From the NCBI GenBank assembly GCA_043228905.1, contig JBHGNT010000001.1:24304001-24368000 (forward strand): 64,000 nucleotides of DNA, written 5' to 3'. Below the pieces are notes generated by a model. The model ran no database searches. It was not told the DNA's origin and was given only the letters and a program-made list of their open reading frames with translations. Each line of letters opens with the position of its first letter. Position 1 is the first letter of the stretch. Made by a program: the position numbers and the translations under genes. Positions 48,401 through 60,123 of this stretch are shown here, one piece after another. Source of the stretch: Azolla caroliniana (taxonomy: Eukaryota; Plantae; Polypodiophyta).

Positions 48401-50735
48401 CTTGGTGCTGATGCCAGGTGTGATGTGGCTACCTGTTTGCCGTACTGGCAATGCTCGCAAAACTGATGGTCTCAGAAGGAAAGTTTCGGGATGTATCCGG
48501 CTCTGGATAGGTGCGTGATGTCGGTCTTGTTGAGGTGTCCAAGTCGTCCATGCCATAAAGATGACACAAGGATATCTACCAAAAATAAGTCACCCTCTCT
48601 GAGTGTGACATACAAAGGGTACAATGAGTGTACCTTCGGTCCTCTAGCAAGCAGGAGGTTCCCTCTGTGGAGTGTCCACCCTCCTGATGAGAAACCAGCA
48701 CGGATGCCAGCTTCATCAAGTTGTCCGACTGAGATCAAGGGTTGTGAGAGCTCGGGAATGTGTCAGACGTTGTGTAGTACGAGTGTAGAGCCACCCGGAA
48801 GGTTGAGCTCTACGGTGCCGATTCCGATGATAACACAGTGCTGCGAATTTCCGACTCGAACTGAGTCAGAGTGCCGGTCCGAATATTGCCGAAACTGTGA
48901 TCGGTGAGGTGTCACGTGATACGACGTGCCCGAGTCCAGAAGCCATGTGCTCGATTCCTCAGTCGTAAGCAGAACTTCTGATTCGACTGGATTCTTTATG
49001 GACAATATGTTCGGGTCAGTCGTCAGTATCTCGGCTGAAGAGCCGACGTAGTTGACTTCCTCATGTCGGTTACTCCTCTGATCAGCTCTCTGAGCTTTGT
49101 CTGTCTTTGACTTGAGTACCCGACAATCAGCCTTGATGTGTGCCGGTTTCTTGCAGTAGTTGCAGATTCGGGTTTCTCGGGACTTGTTGCGGCTTCGCTG
49201 ATTTGTCGACGGTCGGGAAGAAATTCTTCCCCGGTGGTTCGATCGGTCGGTCGAACTTTGTACTACATAGGCTTCTTCTGCCGAGTCTTTGGTGAAAGAC
49301 TTTCTCCGAGCTGCTTCAGTCAGGATTGCACTTGTGACTTCGGAGTACTTGATGGCAGTCCTAGAAGCGTTGCACACAGTTGTAACGAAGGTTTCCCAAG
49401 AGGGGAGACTGCTCATGAGTATCATTGCTCTGAGTTCATCCTCAATTGTCGTCCTCTATGACGAGATTTGGGAGCTCAAACTTTCGTACTCGTTAAGGTG
49501 TGCCTGAACCGAATCGGAGTCTTTCATCCGCAGGTTGTAGAGGCGCCGGATCAAATACATCTTCGTTGAGGCGACCTTCTTTTCGTAGGTTTCCGACAGC
49601 TTCTTCCAAAGTTCGAAGGTTGTCGTGCACGATTGCACTGTGAAGTACACTGACTCCGACAGGTGCATCCAAATCGTGGCGCGGATGATTCTATCCAACT
49701 TTTGCCACTCATTTGCCTTGTATATTTCTGGAGTAGTTTCATTCTCAATCGGATCGATCTGACCCTTGACTATAAGATAGTCCTGCATTTGCTCCTTCCA
49801 AAAATTGAAGTTCGAACCGTCGAACCTCCTTAGACTCATTTCCGATGAGCCGGATGTTGATGCCATCAGATTCGGTTTCGGTTGACGAAGCTCGGTTCGG
49901 AGTTGACTACGAACCTTGTTGGAGTGCAGCCAGTCGGCTCACCCGATATCGTTCTAGTCGGATTTGAAACCGAGTTGGTTCGGTTTCAGATATGTGTATT
50001 GTTGAACTTGCTCGAATTGACTCCGGTAACTCAAGGGATAGAACCGACTGGTCTTCCCGAATGTTACCGAGTCGGAGTGAGCCCGGTTCGCTTTCAAATA
50101 TATATGCCAAATACCGATTATCTAGACCGATTCTGCTTCGGGTGACTGCAGTGACGAGAGAGACGGATCCAATTGATCCTCCTGAATGTCGATCAGTTGG
50201 ATGAAGCACAAATTGGGGTTGCTGTCTTGAGACCGATCTGCACCGAGTGGTTACAACGGGCGGCGAGCAGCGTTCGGTGACCTGTTCGGATGCCGTTTAA
50301 CCCAGTGGAGCACGATCGTGTCAATGTTGCACAAGGGGATTTCACCTCGAGCGGTTACGATCACGAGGAACAGAGTACAGCCGGCTGGCTTACTCCAAGC
50401 GAAGATGATCTAACGCGATGAGATGCAAGCCTCGTTTTTCTTCTTCTTCTCTCTTCTCTATGAATATGTGAGGAAGAAATACCTACGTATGAGAAAAACA
50501 AGAACAATATACGCACAGAGAGAGAGACACACACACACACAAAGAATATATCTATATTCATAAAAGGGCAACAGTTACAACCATGAACAACCAACCTTTA
50601 CAAAAGGTAACAAAGTCACTTTATATAGTGACTCACTTAGGGCAACTGCCCTTTATGTTATTTACAGAAATAGCCCGAACGTGGGCTCTCTAAGAGGATA
50701 GTGTGAATACGTCCATTATACATTTGTATTCGACA
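45458..50735 (-). mobile_element. Copia-C degenerate element with short LTRs
   Basis: Near-identical ~275-bp LTRs 45458-45732 and 50459-50735; PPT GGGGGAG at 45733-45739; no PBS and no TSD visible. Confidence 0.9.
45928..49866 (-). pseudogene. Copia-C gag-pol
   Basis: RFDGSNFNFWK; CNYCKKPAHIKADC; WLLDSGTSYH; LVHSDVCGP; LRTDNGGEF; YVDDML; SKHIEVRYHFVR. Confidence 0.93.
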
Positions 50736-52651
50736 TTCCACACATAATATTCACAAGAAAGTACCAACTTTGTGACTTGATTCCAGATAACGCGATCATG
50801 TGGCCCAAGACAATAACGACATGTCATGTCATTGTAGTGCAATATGTGACCTTGGTCATTTAACACATCTGCAATTGATTTCAGTCCCTTTTTTGCTAAA
50901 AATTAAGCTTTCTTGGGCTTTGGTTTAGCTCGTGGCTGTGGGAATATAGCATTCCAATGTAAGCTTTTGAGGTGTAAAGAGTTCCCTAATTCTGAATTCC
51001 TACCTCTCCATTTTATGTGGTGCAATACTTCCTTCCAATGCTTTAGAAGCTTTGAGCTAAACGGACAACCTTTAATGTGCCCGTCAAGCTTTCCAAAGAC
51101 TACATCCTAATGGTTAATATCCCATGAGCCAAATGACTTGGTTTTCAAATGATCAAACATATAAGATAGCATTCTTGCCCAAGGCAATGTTTTTCAGCAA
51201 ATTTTGGCAAAGTAGCTTTTCTAGCCAACATATGCAAATGCAAATTAAGATTATTTAATAACAATATCTTCTCTAATGATAGGAGTTGTATACCTCTATG
51301 CAACTGCTTAGAGCACCAAAAGCTGCTTATGATTTCTGAGTTAATCTTTTGTATCATATGTTTCGGCCAATCAATCATAATTAAGTAATACTTCATGTAA
51401 GCCATGAATATAGATTGCACTATCCTCAATTTGACATGGAGTGGCCATGTTGCAATTTCCCCATAGCTTAGCTTTTGTCTCACTTTTTGCAGAACCCATT
51501 CAACCTTTCTTTTCTATGTTGCATTGCATTCCATCCCAGTGGATAGCCAAGATGTCTAACCATTTCATTTGGGCTAACAACTTGACCCGGCCACAAAGGT
51601 TGATGCCAACTATATGGTGTCAAGGGTAGAAGTTTAGACTTGTTGAAATTAACATGTAATCCAGCAACTAATCCATACAATTTGAGGGCATCCACAATCA
51701 CCCTCATATCATTTGGATTGTTTTGTGACAAGAAAGATGTATCATCTACATATGCTTAAGCCAGGAAATCATGTCCGTCTTTCATTTGCAAACTGTGAAG
51801 TTGACCAATTAATAGTAGATGATCCATGTATAATAGTAGTGGATGAGTTGCGATTGCATACAACAATGCACTTACAGGACAACCTTGTCGTGCAGATTCC
51901 GCTAAGCTCCATGAATATTTCCATTCACCCTCAATAATGCATGAAGATGTGCTAGACCCATAAAGCCAATGGATTACTTGAGACATTTTCGGACCAAATC
52001 CTAGTTTGACCATTGTGGTTGCCACAAAATCCCATTGAATGGTGTCAAAGGCCTTTTCAATGTCAATTTGCATGAACAATACATCTTGTTTGGTGTATTT
52101 GGCATACTCCATTCCAATATAGGCATTAGCAATATTAATTGTAATTTTCCTTCGGGGAATGAACCCGTATTGGTTTAGGTGGATGCCTCCCAACAAAGTG
52201 TCCTTAATATGATTAACAATTATTTTTGCAATAAGTTTATAGATCACTGGCATGAGAGTGATTGGTCGCCTATCCAGAAAAGATTCACACAGTTTCTTTT
52301 TGGGTATTAATTTGACCAAACCTTCTTTCCATGAGATCGGTATATCCCATTTTTGCCAAACATTGTTTGCCATAGATAGGATTAAATCCTTAAGGACATC
52401 CCAAAATTCTGCAATGAACTCTAACGTAATATCATCCCAACCACGCGCTTTGCCTTTCCTGAGGCCCTTCCAAGCCTCCAAAAGCTCCTCCAGTGTGAAT
52501 GTTGCATCCAAAGCAATAGCTTTATCAACACAAATAGTGGGTTGAACTAGTGACAATAATGTATCTCTAGCCTGTCTAACTCCATCTGTAACAACTACAT
52601 TGTTCTCAAATATGTAAGAGAAGTGGGTTACACATTCCTTGGCTAGTTCAA
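50736..52651 (-). mobile_element. L1-like LINE ORF2, RT domain and C-terminal part (degenerate)
   Basis: KARGWDDI, WKEGLVKLIPK, RPITLMPVIYKLIAK, QYGFIP, IDIEKAFD, RQGCPVS, GLHVNFNKS, RHLGYPL. Confidence 0.88.
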
Positions 52652-53005
52652 GGGGTGAAAGCATGCGAGTGGAAACAATTAGCTATGTCCTTGACATAGC
52701 TAATTAGCTATGCAAAAAGCTACCATTGATAAATAGTCATTTTAGTAAAAAGCCATCATTAATAAATTAAGTATGCAAAAAACTACCATTGAAAATACTA
52801 GAGTGTTTTAATTACATATGTAAATGAGTGCCATAAATGTGCAACATAAATTGATGTGTGCACCATAAATGTGTACCATAAATTATATATCGAATTCCTA
52901 GGTCCATTATGCATGATCCTTTGCCACATCACGTAGGCCATCTCTAGTTGAGTACTGTGGGTTAGTTGCTACCACTGTTGCTAAACCCTATCGAGTCCAC
53001 CTATC

Positions 53006-53860
53006 GCCACTCTACACTGAGGGGCCGCTACTGTGCGTTCCAAGCATCATCAAAGAGCTGCTCAATCTGATGGGGTTCTCTTCTCTGTGACACTCTACAC
53101 TCAGGGGCCACTACTGTGCATTCCAAGCATCATCAAAGAGCTGTTCAATCTGACGGGGTTCTCTTCTCTGTGCCACTCTACACTCAGGGGCCATTACTGT
53201 GCGTTCCAAGCATCATCAAAGAGCTGTTCAATCTGAGGGGGTTCTCTTCTCTGTGCCACTCTACACTCAGGGGCCATTACTGTGCGTTCCAAGCATCATC
53301 AAAGAGCTGTTCAATCTGAGGGGGTTCTCTTCTCTGTGCCACTCTACACTCAGGGGCCGCTGCTGTGCGTTCCAAGCATCATCAAAGAGCTGTTCAATCT
53401 TACGGGGTTCTCTTCTCTTTGCCACTCTACACTCAGGGGTTGCTACTGTGCGTTCCAAGCATAATCAAAGAGCTATTCAATCTGACGGGGTTCTCTTCTC
53501 TTTTCCACTCTCACTCAGGGGCCGCTACTGTGCGTTTCAAGCATCATTGGTAACTGTTCAATCTGACGGGGTTCTCTTCTCTTTTCCACTCTCACTCAGG
53601 GGCCGCTACTGTGCGTTTCAAGCATCATTGGTAACTGTTCAATCTGACGGGGTTCTCTTCTCTATGCCACTCTATTCTCAAGTGCCTTCTATGTGCGTTT
53701 CAAGCATCATCGGTAACTGTTCAATCTGACGGGGTTCTCTCCTCCATTGCCATCATTCTATACTTAGTTGCCACTACTGTCCAGTCCCGGATTGCTTCCA
53801 CATTTCGATTTGACGGAGTTCACTCATCCAACGGCAACATTCTACACTCAGTTGTTGCCA
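53006..53860. repeat. 83-bp tandem repeat (about 10 copies, decaying rightwards)
   Basis: GCCACTCTACACTCAGGGGCCATTACTGTGCGTTCCAAGCATCATCAAAGAGCTGTTCAATCTGAGGGGGTTCTCTTCTCTGT; periodicity 53033/53116/53199/53282/53365. Confidence 0.95.
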
Positions 53861-54073
53861 TTGGTCGGTCTTGGATCGCCTCCTCAACTGTTGGATCCAA
53901 CAGAGTGAAATCCTCTACTGTTCGGTCTTGGATTGCAATAACTTTTCTGTCTATTGATTATCTTGTGTATTGTTGTGTCTAATCTTGTGTATTGTGTGGA
54001 ATATTTTTGTGTATTATTGTTGCCCATAGCCATCTTTAATACTTGTTTTTTTCTGGAAATTTAGGGTTTTAAC

Positions 54074-54823
54074 ATGTCTAGCCAAATGGAAGGGGAAGAA
54101 GGGTGTTTAGAATTACCCCTCAATGATCATAAGGATAGGGATGATGTTATCAGGACACAACAAGCCATACGAAACTATTGGGCAGAAAAAAAAAGGAAAC
54201 ATCGTCAATTGTTGAAGGATACGAAAGCCACACTCAGTAAAGGTAAGGATAGTTTAGCTGAGAATGTAAGTAATGCGACTACCATCATAGAGAGAAAGGT
54301 TGTAGACTATTTCAATGTTCAAACCAAGCACATCAGCAATGAAGAAAAGAAGGTAGTACTTTATGGAATATGTAATGATCCATCGATAAAGGACTTAGTT
54401 GATTGTGATGGTCTTAATGCAAACATATCATCTATTTTAGTAAATAATCTTCGTAATAGTTTCGTATCCATGAGCAGGTCAGAAGATGATCTTGTCTTAA
54501 AAAGGTCTAGTCTAATGATGTTACTTAATAGTGATGTTGACGATATAAACATCAGTGAGCTATCTAAGGTAATTGGTGTTAGTAGAAAAACAGTGTACAA
54601 TACAATGAACCGTATAATTTCCTCGGGTGAAGGAACTAGTCTACTAAAGCTAACTACAAGATGTAAGCCAATGACACCCATAACATTTGAAATCAAGGAT
54701 GTAATCACAATGTTTTGGACTAATGAGAGTAGGGTTTCACCCAATAAAAAGGATTTATGCAGGAAACGTGTTGGAAGAAATCAATACGAGGAGCATCCCA
54801 TTCATCTTCTTGATGTACCTCAG
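54074..54823 (+). pseudogene. Probable transposase N-terminal exon (HTH plus FW..SRVSPNKKD block); catalytic part missing
   Basis: Uninterrupted 250-codon frame; HTH-like NISELSKVIGVSRKTVYN; likely donor CAG|GTATTT at 54823; lies inside the TIRs. Confidence 0.6.
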
Positions 54824-54867
54824 GTATTTACATTTATCTCAACATTTGTTTTGACTCTACTCGGAAA

Positions 54868-55692
54868 GTTAATTAGCTCAGTTAGCAGAAAAGCTAATTA
54901 GCTTATCAGTTACATTTACCTCAGTTAGCTACTAGGATCGCTACTACATAGGTAACTAGCTACTCTCAATAGTTACTACCATGATAGCTAATTAGCTATT
55001 CTCAATAGCTAATTTAGGTACTACCAGATAATTAGCTGTACTGCTAGCTAGTTAGCTATCATGGTAGCTAGTTAGCTATTTCGTTATTACCAACTAATTA
55101 GCTACTAGGAAAGCTAATTAGCTACCATGATAGCTAATTAGCTACTATGATAGCTACTACATAGGTAACTGGCTACTCTCAATAGCTACTACCATGATAG
55201 CTAATTAGTTAGGATAGCTAATTAGCCACCATTATAGCTAATTAGCTACTAGACCAGCTAATTAGCTACCATGATAGCTAATTAGTTACTAGGACAGCTA
55301 ATTAGCCACCGTGATAGCTAATTAGCTACCATGATAGCTAATTAGCTACTATACCAGCTAATTAGCTACCATGATAGCTAATTAGTTACTAGGAAAGCTA
55401 ATCAGCCACCATTATAGCTAATTAGCTACTAGACCAGCTAATTAGCTACCACGATAGCTAATTAGCTACTAGACCAGCTAATTAGCTACCATGATAGCTA
55501 ATTAGTTACTAGGAAAGCTAATTAGCCACCATTATAGCTAATTAGCTACTAGACCAGCTAATTAGCTACCACGATAGCTAATTAGCTACTAGACCAGCTA
55601 ATTAGCTACCATGATAGCTAATTAGTTACTAGGAAAGCTAATTAGCCACCATGATAGCTAATTAGCCACCATGATAGCTAATTAGCTAATTA
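54868..55692. repeat. 20-bp tandem array with palindromic core TAGCTAATTAGCTA and 120-bp higher-order repeat
   Basis: (TAGCTAATTAGCTACCATGA)n; 55381-55500 is repeated at 55501-55620. Confidence 0.95.
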
Positions 55693-55742
55693 TTCTTGTT
55701 GTTGAAAGATACACCAACTTTGCTCAGGAATCGTTAACTTAC

Positions 55743-57153
55743 TTGAAGCTTATCCAAATTGTAATCTGCAACAGTATTTACACCTAGAAGGTCCAGGTTC
55801 ATTGAAAGAACCTGGATCTCTATTTGCAGTTCTATTTTACGCTGGGGATCCAGTGGCCCCTCTAATTCAAGCTCCTGTTGCGCAACCTATTCCAGATAAT
55901 GCTTGATTAGCACATTTTACCCATTATTTATAACACAATCACATACCAGCAAAACAATAGTTACCTGAATCTTATTTCTAATTGTTGTAACAGCAGAAGT
56001 AACTTTGCTCTCCATTGCAGAAGCCATTGTGGCTTTCTCTAAATCAGTCTTAAAAAATGCCAATGTCTCACAGGCTTCATGGACATTTTTTAGCATATAG
56101 CTAACCAATGTCTCACCTGTATCATCGACATTGGCTTTCCTTGGGTGTCGGTGTGGTGTATGCCCCCGGTCTTGCTGGGAGTCGGCAGTTGCATCAACAG
56201 CTGCCATGCTCCAAAACCTGTCTATTTTTTGTGCCAAGGTCCCCATCTTTCGGCATCTTTTTACCGATGCCTCACCATAGACTGCCCAAGCTACCCTATA
56301 CATTTCAGGGTCTCTAGATTCCTTCGCTGTTTTGCAGTACTCATATGCAAATGCTCTAGCAAATGAAACTGACAACTCATTGTTGACTGGGATCTCCTGA
56401 TGAACTTTCTGGTGCAGTCTCATGCAGTCATCGTACAAGTCGGCTCGTACATGCTTCAGCTTGACCTTGCCTTTGACTCTAGGCACTATATATACTGTCA
56501 TCCAGTCTATATCACTGATCAATTTATCACTTAGGACAGCAGGGTCAACACCCTCGAGTGACAGACCATAGGTGTTGTGGAAGTCCTCCTTTGTCTCGCA
56601 AAATTTTGCGAAGTTTAGCACTCTCGTATACGGAGGAACGAGCCATCTGAAATATCATTTCAGAAATCAGAAGTAGTGCAAAATCAGAATATGTGAGAAT
56701 CAAAAACCCCAATCAACAACAACAAAAATGGTGCAAAATCTTTAACTTAACCTAATCAAAATCTGTAATCAGAAGTTTGAAATCAGAAACCCTAATCAAA
56801 ATCTGTAATCAGAAGTTTGTAACCAGAAACCTTATTCAGAAATTCTAATCAGAAATTTATAATCAAAAACCCTAATCAGAAATTTCAATCAGAAACCCTA
56901 ATAAAAAATTTCAATCACAAACCCTAATCAGAAATCCTAAGCAGAAATTTATAAACAAAAACCCTATTCAGAAATTCTAATTTGTAATCAAAATTTGTAA
57001 CCAGAAACCCTATTCAGAAATTCTAATCAGAAATTTATAATCAAAAACCCTAATCAGAAATTTCAATCACAAACCCTAATCACTAAAGACAGGATTAAAC
57101 ACAAAAAAAGTAATATAAACACACCTGTTGCTACTCCCCGATTTGCGAGACAT
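55743..57153 (-). CDS. Spliced second gene of the TIR element, unknown function (exons 57153-57125, 56646-55965, 55886-55743; 3' end missing)
   Basis: GT-AG introns join in frame: MSRKSGSSNR|WLVPPYTRVLNFAKF...RNKIQ|VAQQELELEG...LDKLQ|gtaagt; no stops over about 285 codons. Confidence 0.7.
56660..57082. repeat. AAACCCTAATCAGAAATT-type degenerate repeats (telobox-containing) in intron 1 of the second gene
   Basis: About 9 AAACCCTA-like motifs interspersed with AATCAGAAA. Confidence 0.8.
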
Positions 57154-57633
57154 CCTTGTATGGGACTCCAAGGACTTCGCCCTATTCGATTTTGGGGAAA
57201 TATGAATCGGCACCAAAGTTCAGACAGTAGTCAAAAAGAAAAAACAAATGTTTGGGGTTTCTGTAACTGAAACATACCTGGACGATGATCGAGCGGGTTC
57301 TGTGTTGTAGCTCTCAATCTGCAATGTCGATTTTTTGCTGTTGCGGGAGCTACGTCTGCGTTCGTGCTCTGAGTACTCCATCTGCGTTCAAAATCAGACT
57401 TAGGCTAAACAGGAAATTGATGACATTGAAGTCGACCTTAGATGATGGTGATATTCCCCAAGTTCCACTACGTCTGAAACAGAAGTTCAAATATTTGAGT
57501 TTTTTCATAAATTAGTTTTTCAAATATTTGATTTTCCCACAAGAAAGACTAGCTAAACAAATAGGTAATTAGCTATGGCCATTTTAGTAGCTAATTAGCT
57601 ATAATAGTGTTTCCACTCGCATGCTTTTACCCC

Positions 57634-58705
57634 AAGTCAGTTTGTATTCCACAAACCATCACCAGTTTTGATCAATTTAATGGATTCCTTTTGGCGTATT
57701 ATATGCATCCTTTTGAAGACAGATTTAGAAGAGCATCCTTTGTCTTTCAATGGAAAATGTCTTGACCTAACTTGCCATTTTTCCAATTTATTTTTGTCAA
57801 GTAGCATCAATGTGTGTTTGGCCATACACAAGCATCCTCTTCATGTAAAGTCAAAGATCTTCTATGTGCTAACTCCGTTAGGGCTTGACAAGTAAATTTG
57901 GCTTGTTGAGTGTAATGTCTTTGTCTTCAGACATACCACTTCCCATACTGTTGTATTATTGTTTGTAATCTATGTACAAAATGTACCCACACAATATATC
58001 AACATCTATGTTGACTTCTACATAAAGAGGACGTATTATGTCATAGACCATCATCTGGAAGAGTTCATGCTTGAGGTAAGGTTTTGTTAATGAGCATAAG
58101 TCTCTTCCTTTGGAGATGCACTTCATAGGAATGATTCCGAAAATGAAGGTCCAGTGAGACAGGAGCATGATCCGACAACTGCAAAGCATGATTTATATGC
58201 ATTGTACATGTGAAATTTTCATACTGACTAGCATGCAACAAATACCATCTATCAAGCATGGCATAGTATGCGGAGTGGGTGGTGTGATGAAAGGTAAAAC
58301 CAGGAACATGTGGGTGTGTCATTTGCCATAAATCCACCCAATCCAATGAGCTTTGCATATTATACCACTGACCTTGTTCCTCTCTCAACATTTGTGAGTG
58401 CGCACTTGTGTTATCACCTGCATTTGTAGAGTTGTTGAAATCTCCACATAGTGTTATCACCTGCATTTTGTGGCCATGGAGTGAAAGTCTTTGTGTGAAA
58501 ACTATTCTTGTAAGTGAATGTGCAACTGTGCAACTGTGCACAAAAGTGAATGTGAGTATATGATATGTCTATGAACACATTTGGGTGCATGTGTGCAAAT
58601 ATGGAAGAGTGTATGTAAGGTGGGTGTAAGTTGTTAGAAGGGTATGTAACTACCATACATGTCTCCTTGTATGTTCTTGATATGTAAGGTCCTCGTGTAC
58701 CTATA
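57634..58705 (-). mobile_element. L1-like LINE ORF2, AP-endonuclease C-terminal half and linker
   Basis: LCGDFN, WVDLW..HP..PGFTF, MLDRWYL, LSDHAPV. Confidence 0.85.
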
Positions 58706-59258
58706 TGTGAGGATCGTGACCGACCACAACCGGTTTCTCATTCTTATATTTGAGTGCAGAAAGCAAGAAAGGAACAATACATAGACAGTAAGAGAACGAA
58801 ATGCCAAGACACAATATTTTAACGTGGAAAACCCGAACTAGAAAAAATCACGTGGAGTCCACAAACTCCAAAACAGATCACTATGATGAGAGGTAGTATA
58901 ATAAGACACTCTGAGGCAACAACCTTGAGATCTTCTGCGTCTGACAGACAGACGGTTACAGAGTTACACACACTAACTCTTACTCTTTCCTCCTCTCACA
59001 CAGTTACAGAGGCAACAACCTTCTCTAACTACGTAACAACTAATAATGATACTCACTCTTTCCATAAAGTTTGCCCTAGTTGTATTTATACATATACAAC
59101 TTTCTGGCTATTTACATACATAGCCCACAAGGGGCACATTTAGACTATTTACATATATGGTCTCCCAATTTCAGTTTCGGTTTTCGATCTCCGCCTCGGC
59201 CGAAATACTTATTTACTCCATTCGACTTGGTTCGTTCTGTTCCCATCCGGAGGGAAAT

Positions 59259-60123
59259 TGTTACGAGCATGACCATATAATATCCCGTGGTGAGAATTTA
59301 CCGTAGTATTCTATACACGTGGATAAGTGTGAGGATTAAACGAGAGTGTAAAGAAGGGGAGGATTACTTTTAAATCCTCAGGATTGAGACAACTCATTAG
59401 GCCAAGTGTGAACATGGTTGGGGGCCTTGGGTATCGCTATAAATAGAGGCCTAGCTACCCTCATTTCATTATCTTGTTGACTACGTCGAGACTCTGTCTT
59501 GTGGTGGGTCAACTCTTGTAGCGAGTGCGCCAGCACCAGTTACAACTCAACGCTACGGTGGTGGTATGGGATGCCGATGGAGGCTTGAGTCCATCTCGAT
59601 CCCTTTGCTTGGAGGTGGTCGGGTGGATCAACACCCTTCTTTCTCTCTAAAAAAAGAAAAAAGCAAATATTAGAGACATGTACTAAAGTAGGCATTAGAT
59701 AAGGATAGATCTAGGTAGATAGAAAGAAAGGAGAGAGAGAAAGAAGGGTGTCGATCCACCCGACCACCCCCGAGCGAAGGGATCGAGACGGACTCGAGCC
59801 TCAATCGGCGTCCCATACCACCGTCGTGGCGTCGAGTCGTACCTGGTGCTAGCGCACTCGCTACAAGAGTTGACCCACCACAAGATAGAGTCTCGACGTA
59901 GTCAACAAGGTAATGAAATGAGGGTAGCTAAGCCTCTATTTACAGCGATACCCAAGGCCCCAAGCCATGTTCACACTTGTCCTAATGGGTTGTCTCAATC
60001 CCGAGGATTTAAAAGTAATCCTCCCCTTCTTTACACTCTCGTTTAACCCTCACACTTATCCACGTGTATAGAATACTACGGTAAATTCTCACCACGGGAT
60101 ATTATATGGTCATGCCCGTAACA
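59259..60123. mobile_element. 865-bp fold-back element: two inverted 390-bp LTR-like arms and an 85-bp spacer
   Basis: 59259-59648 is the reverse complement of 59734-60123 (about 26 mismatches by eye); TGTTACG...CGTAACA; perfect TSD GAAAT. Confidence 0.93.

Larger units (their letters stand above)
52652..57633. mobile_element. TIR DNA transposon (4982 bp), two convergent genes, internally deleted, superfamily unassigned
   Basis: 26-bp TIR GGGGTRAAAGCATGCGAGTGGAAACA (1 mismatch); AA on both flanks; removal with one AA restores the LINE frame (WNTN*LELAKEC). Confidence 0.9.

Noticed and set aside
53006-53860. CRISPR-like array
   Set aside because: Head-to-tail units with no unique spacers, no cas genes, eukaryotic TE context
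54868-55692. CRISPR-like palindromic repeats with variable spacers
   Set aside because: The variable part is only 5-6 nt and itself recurs; this is a minisatellite
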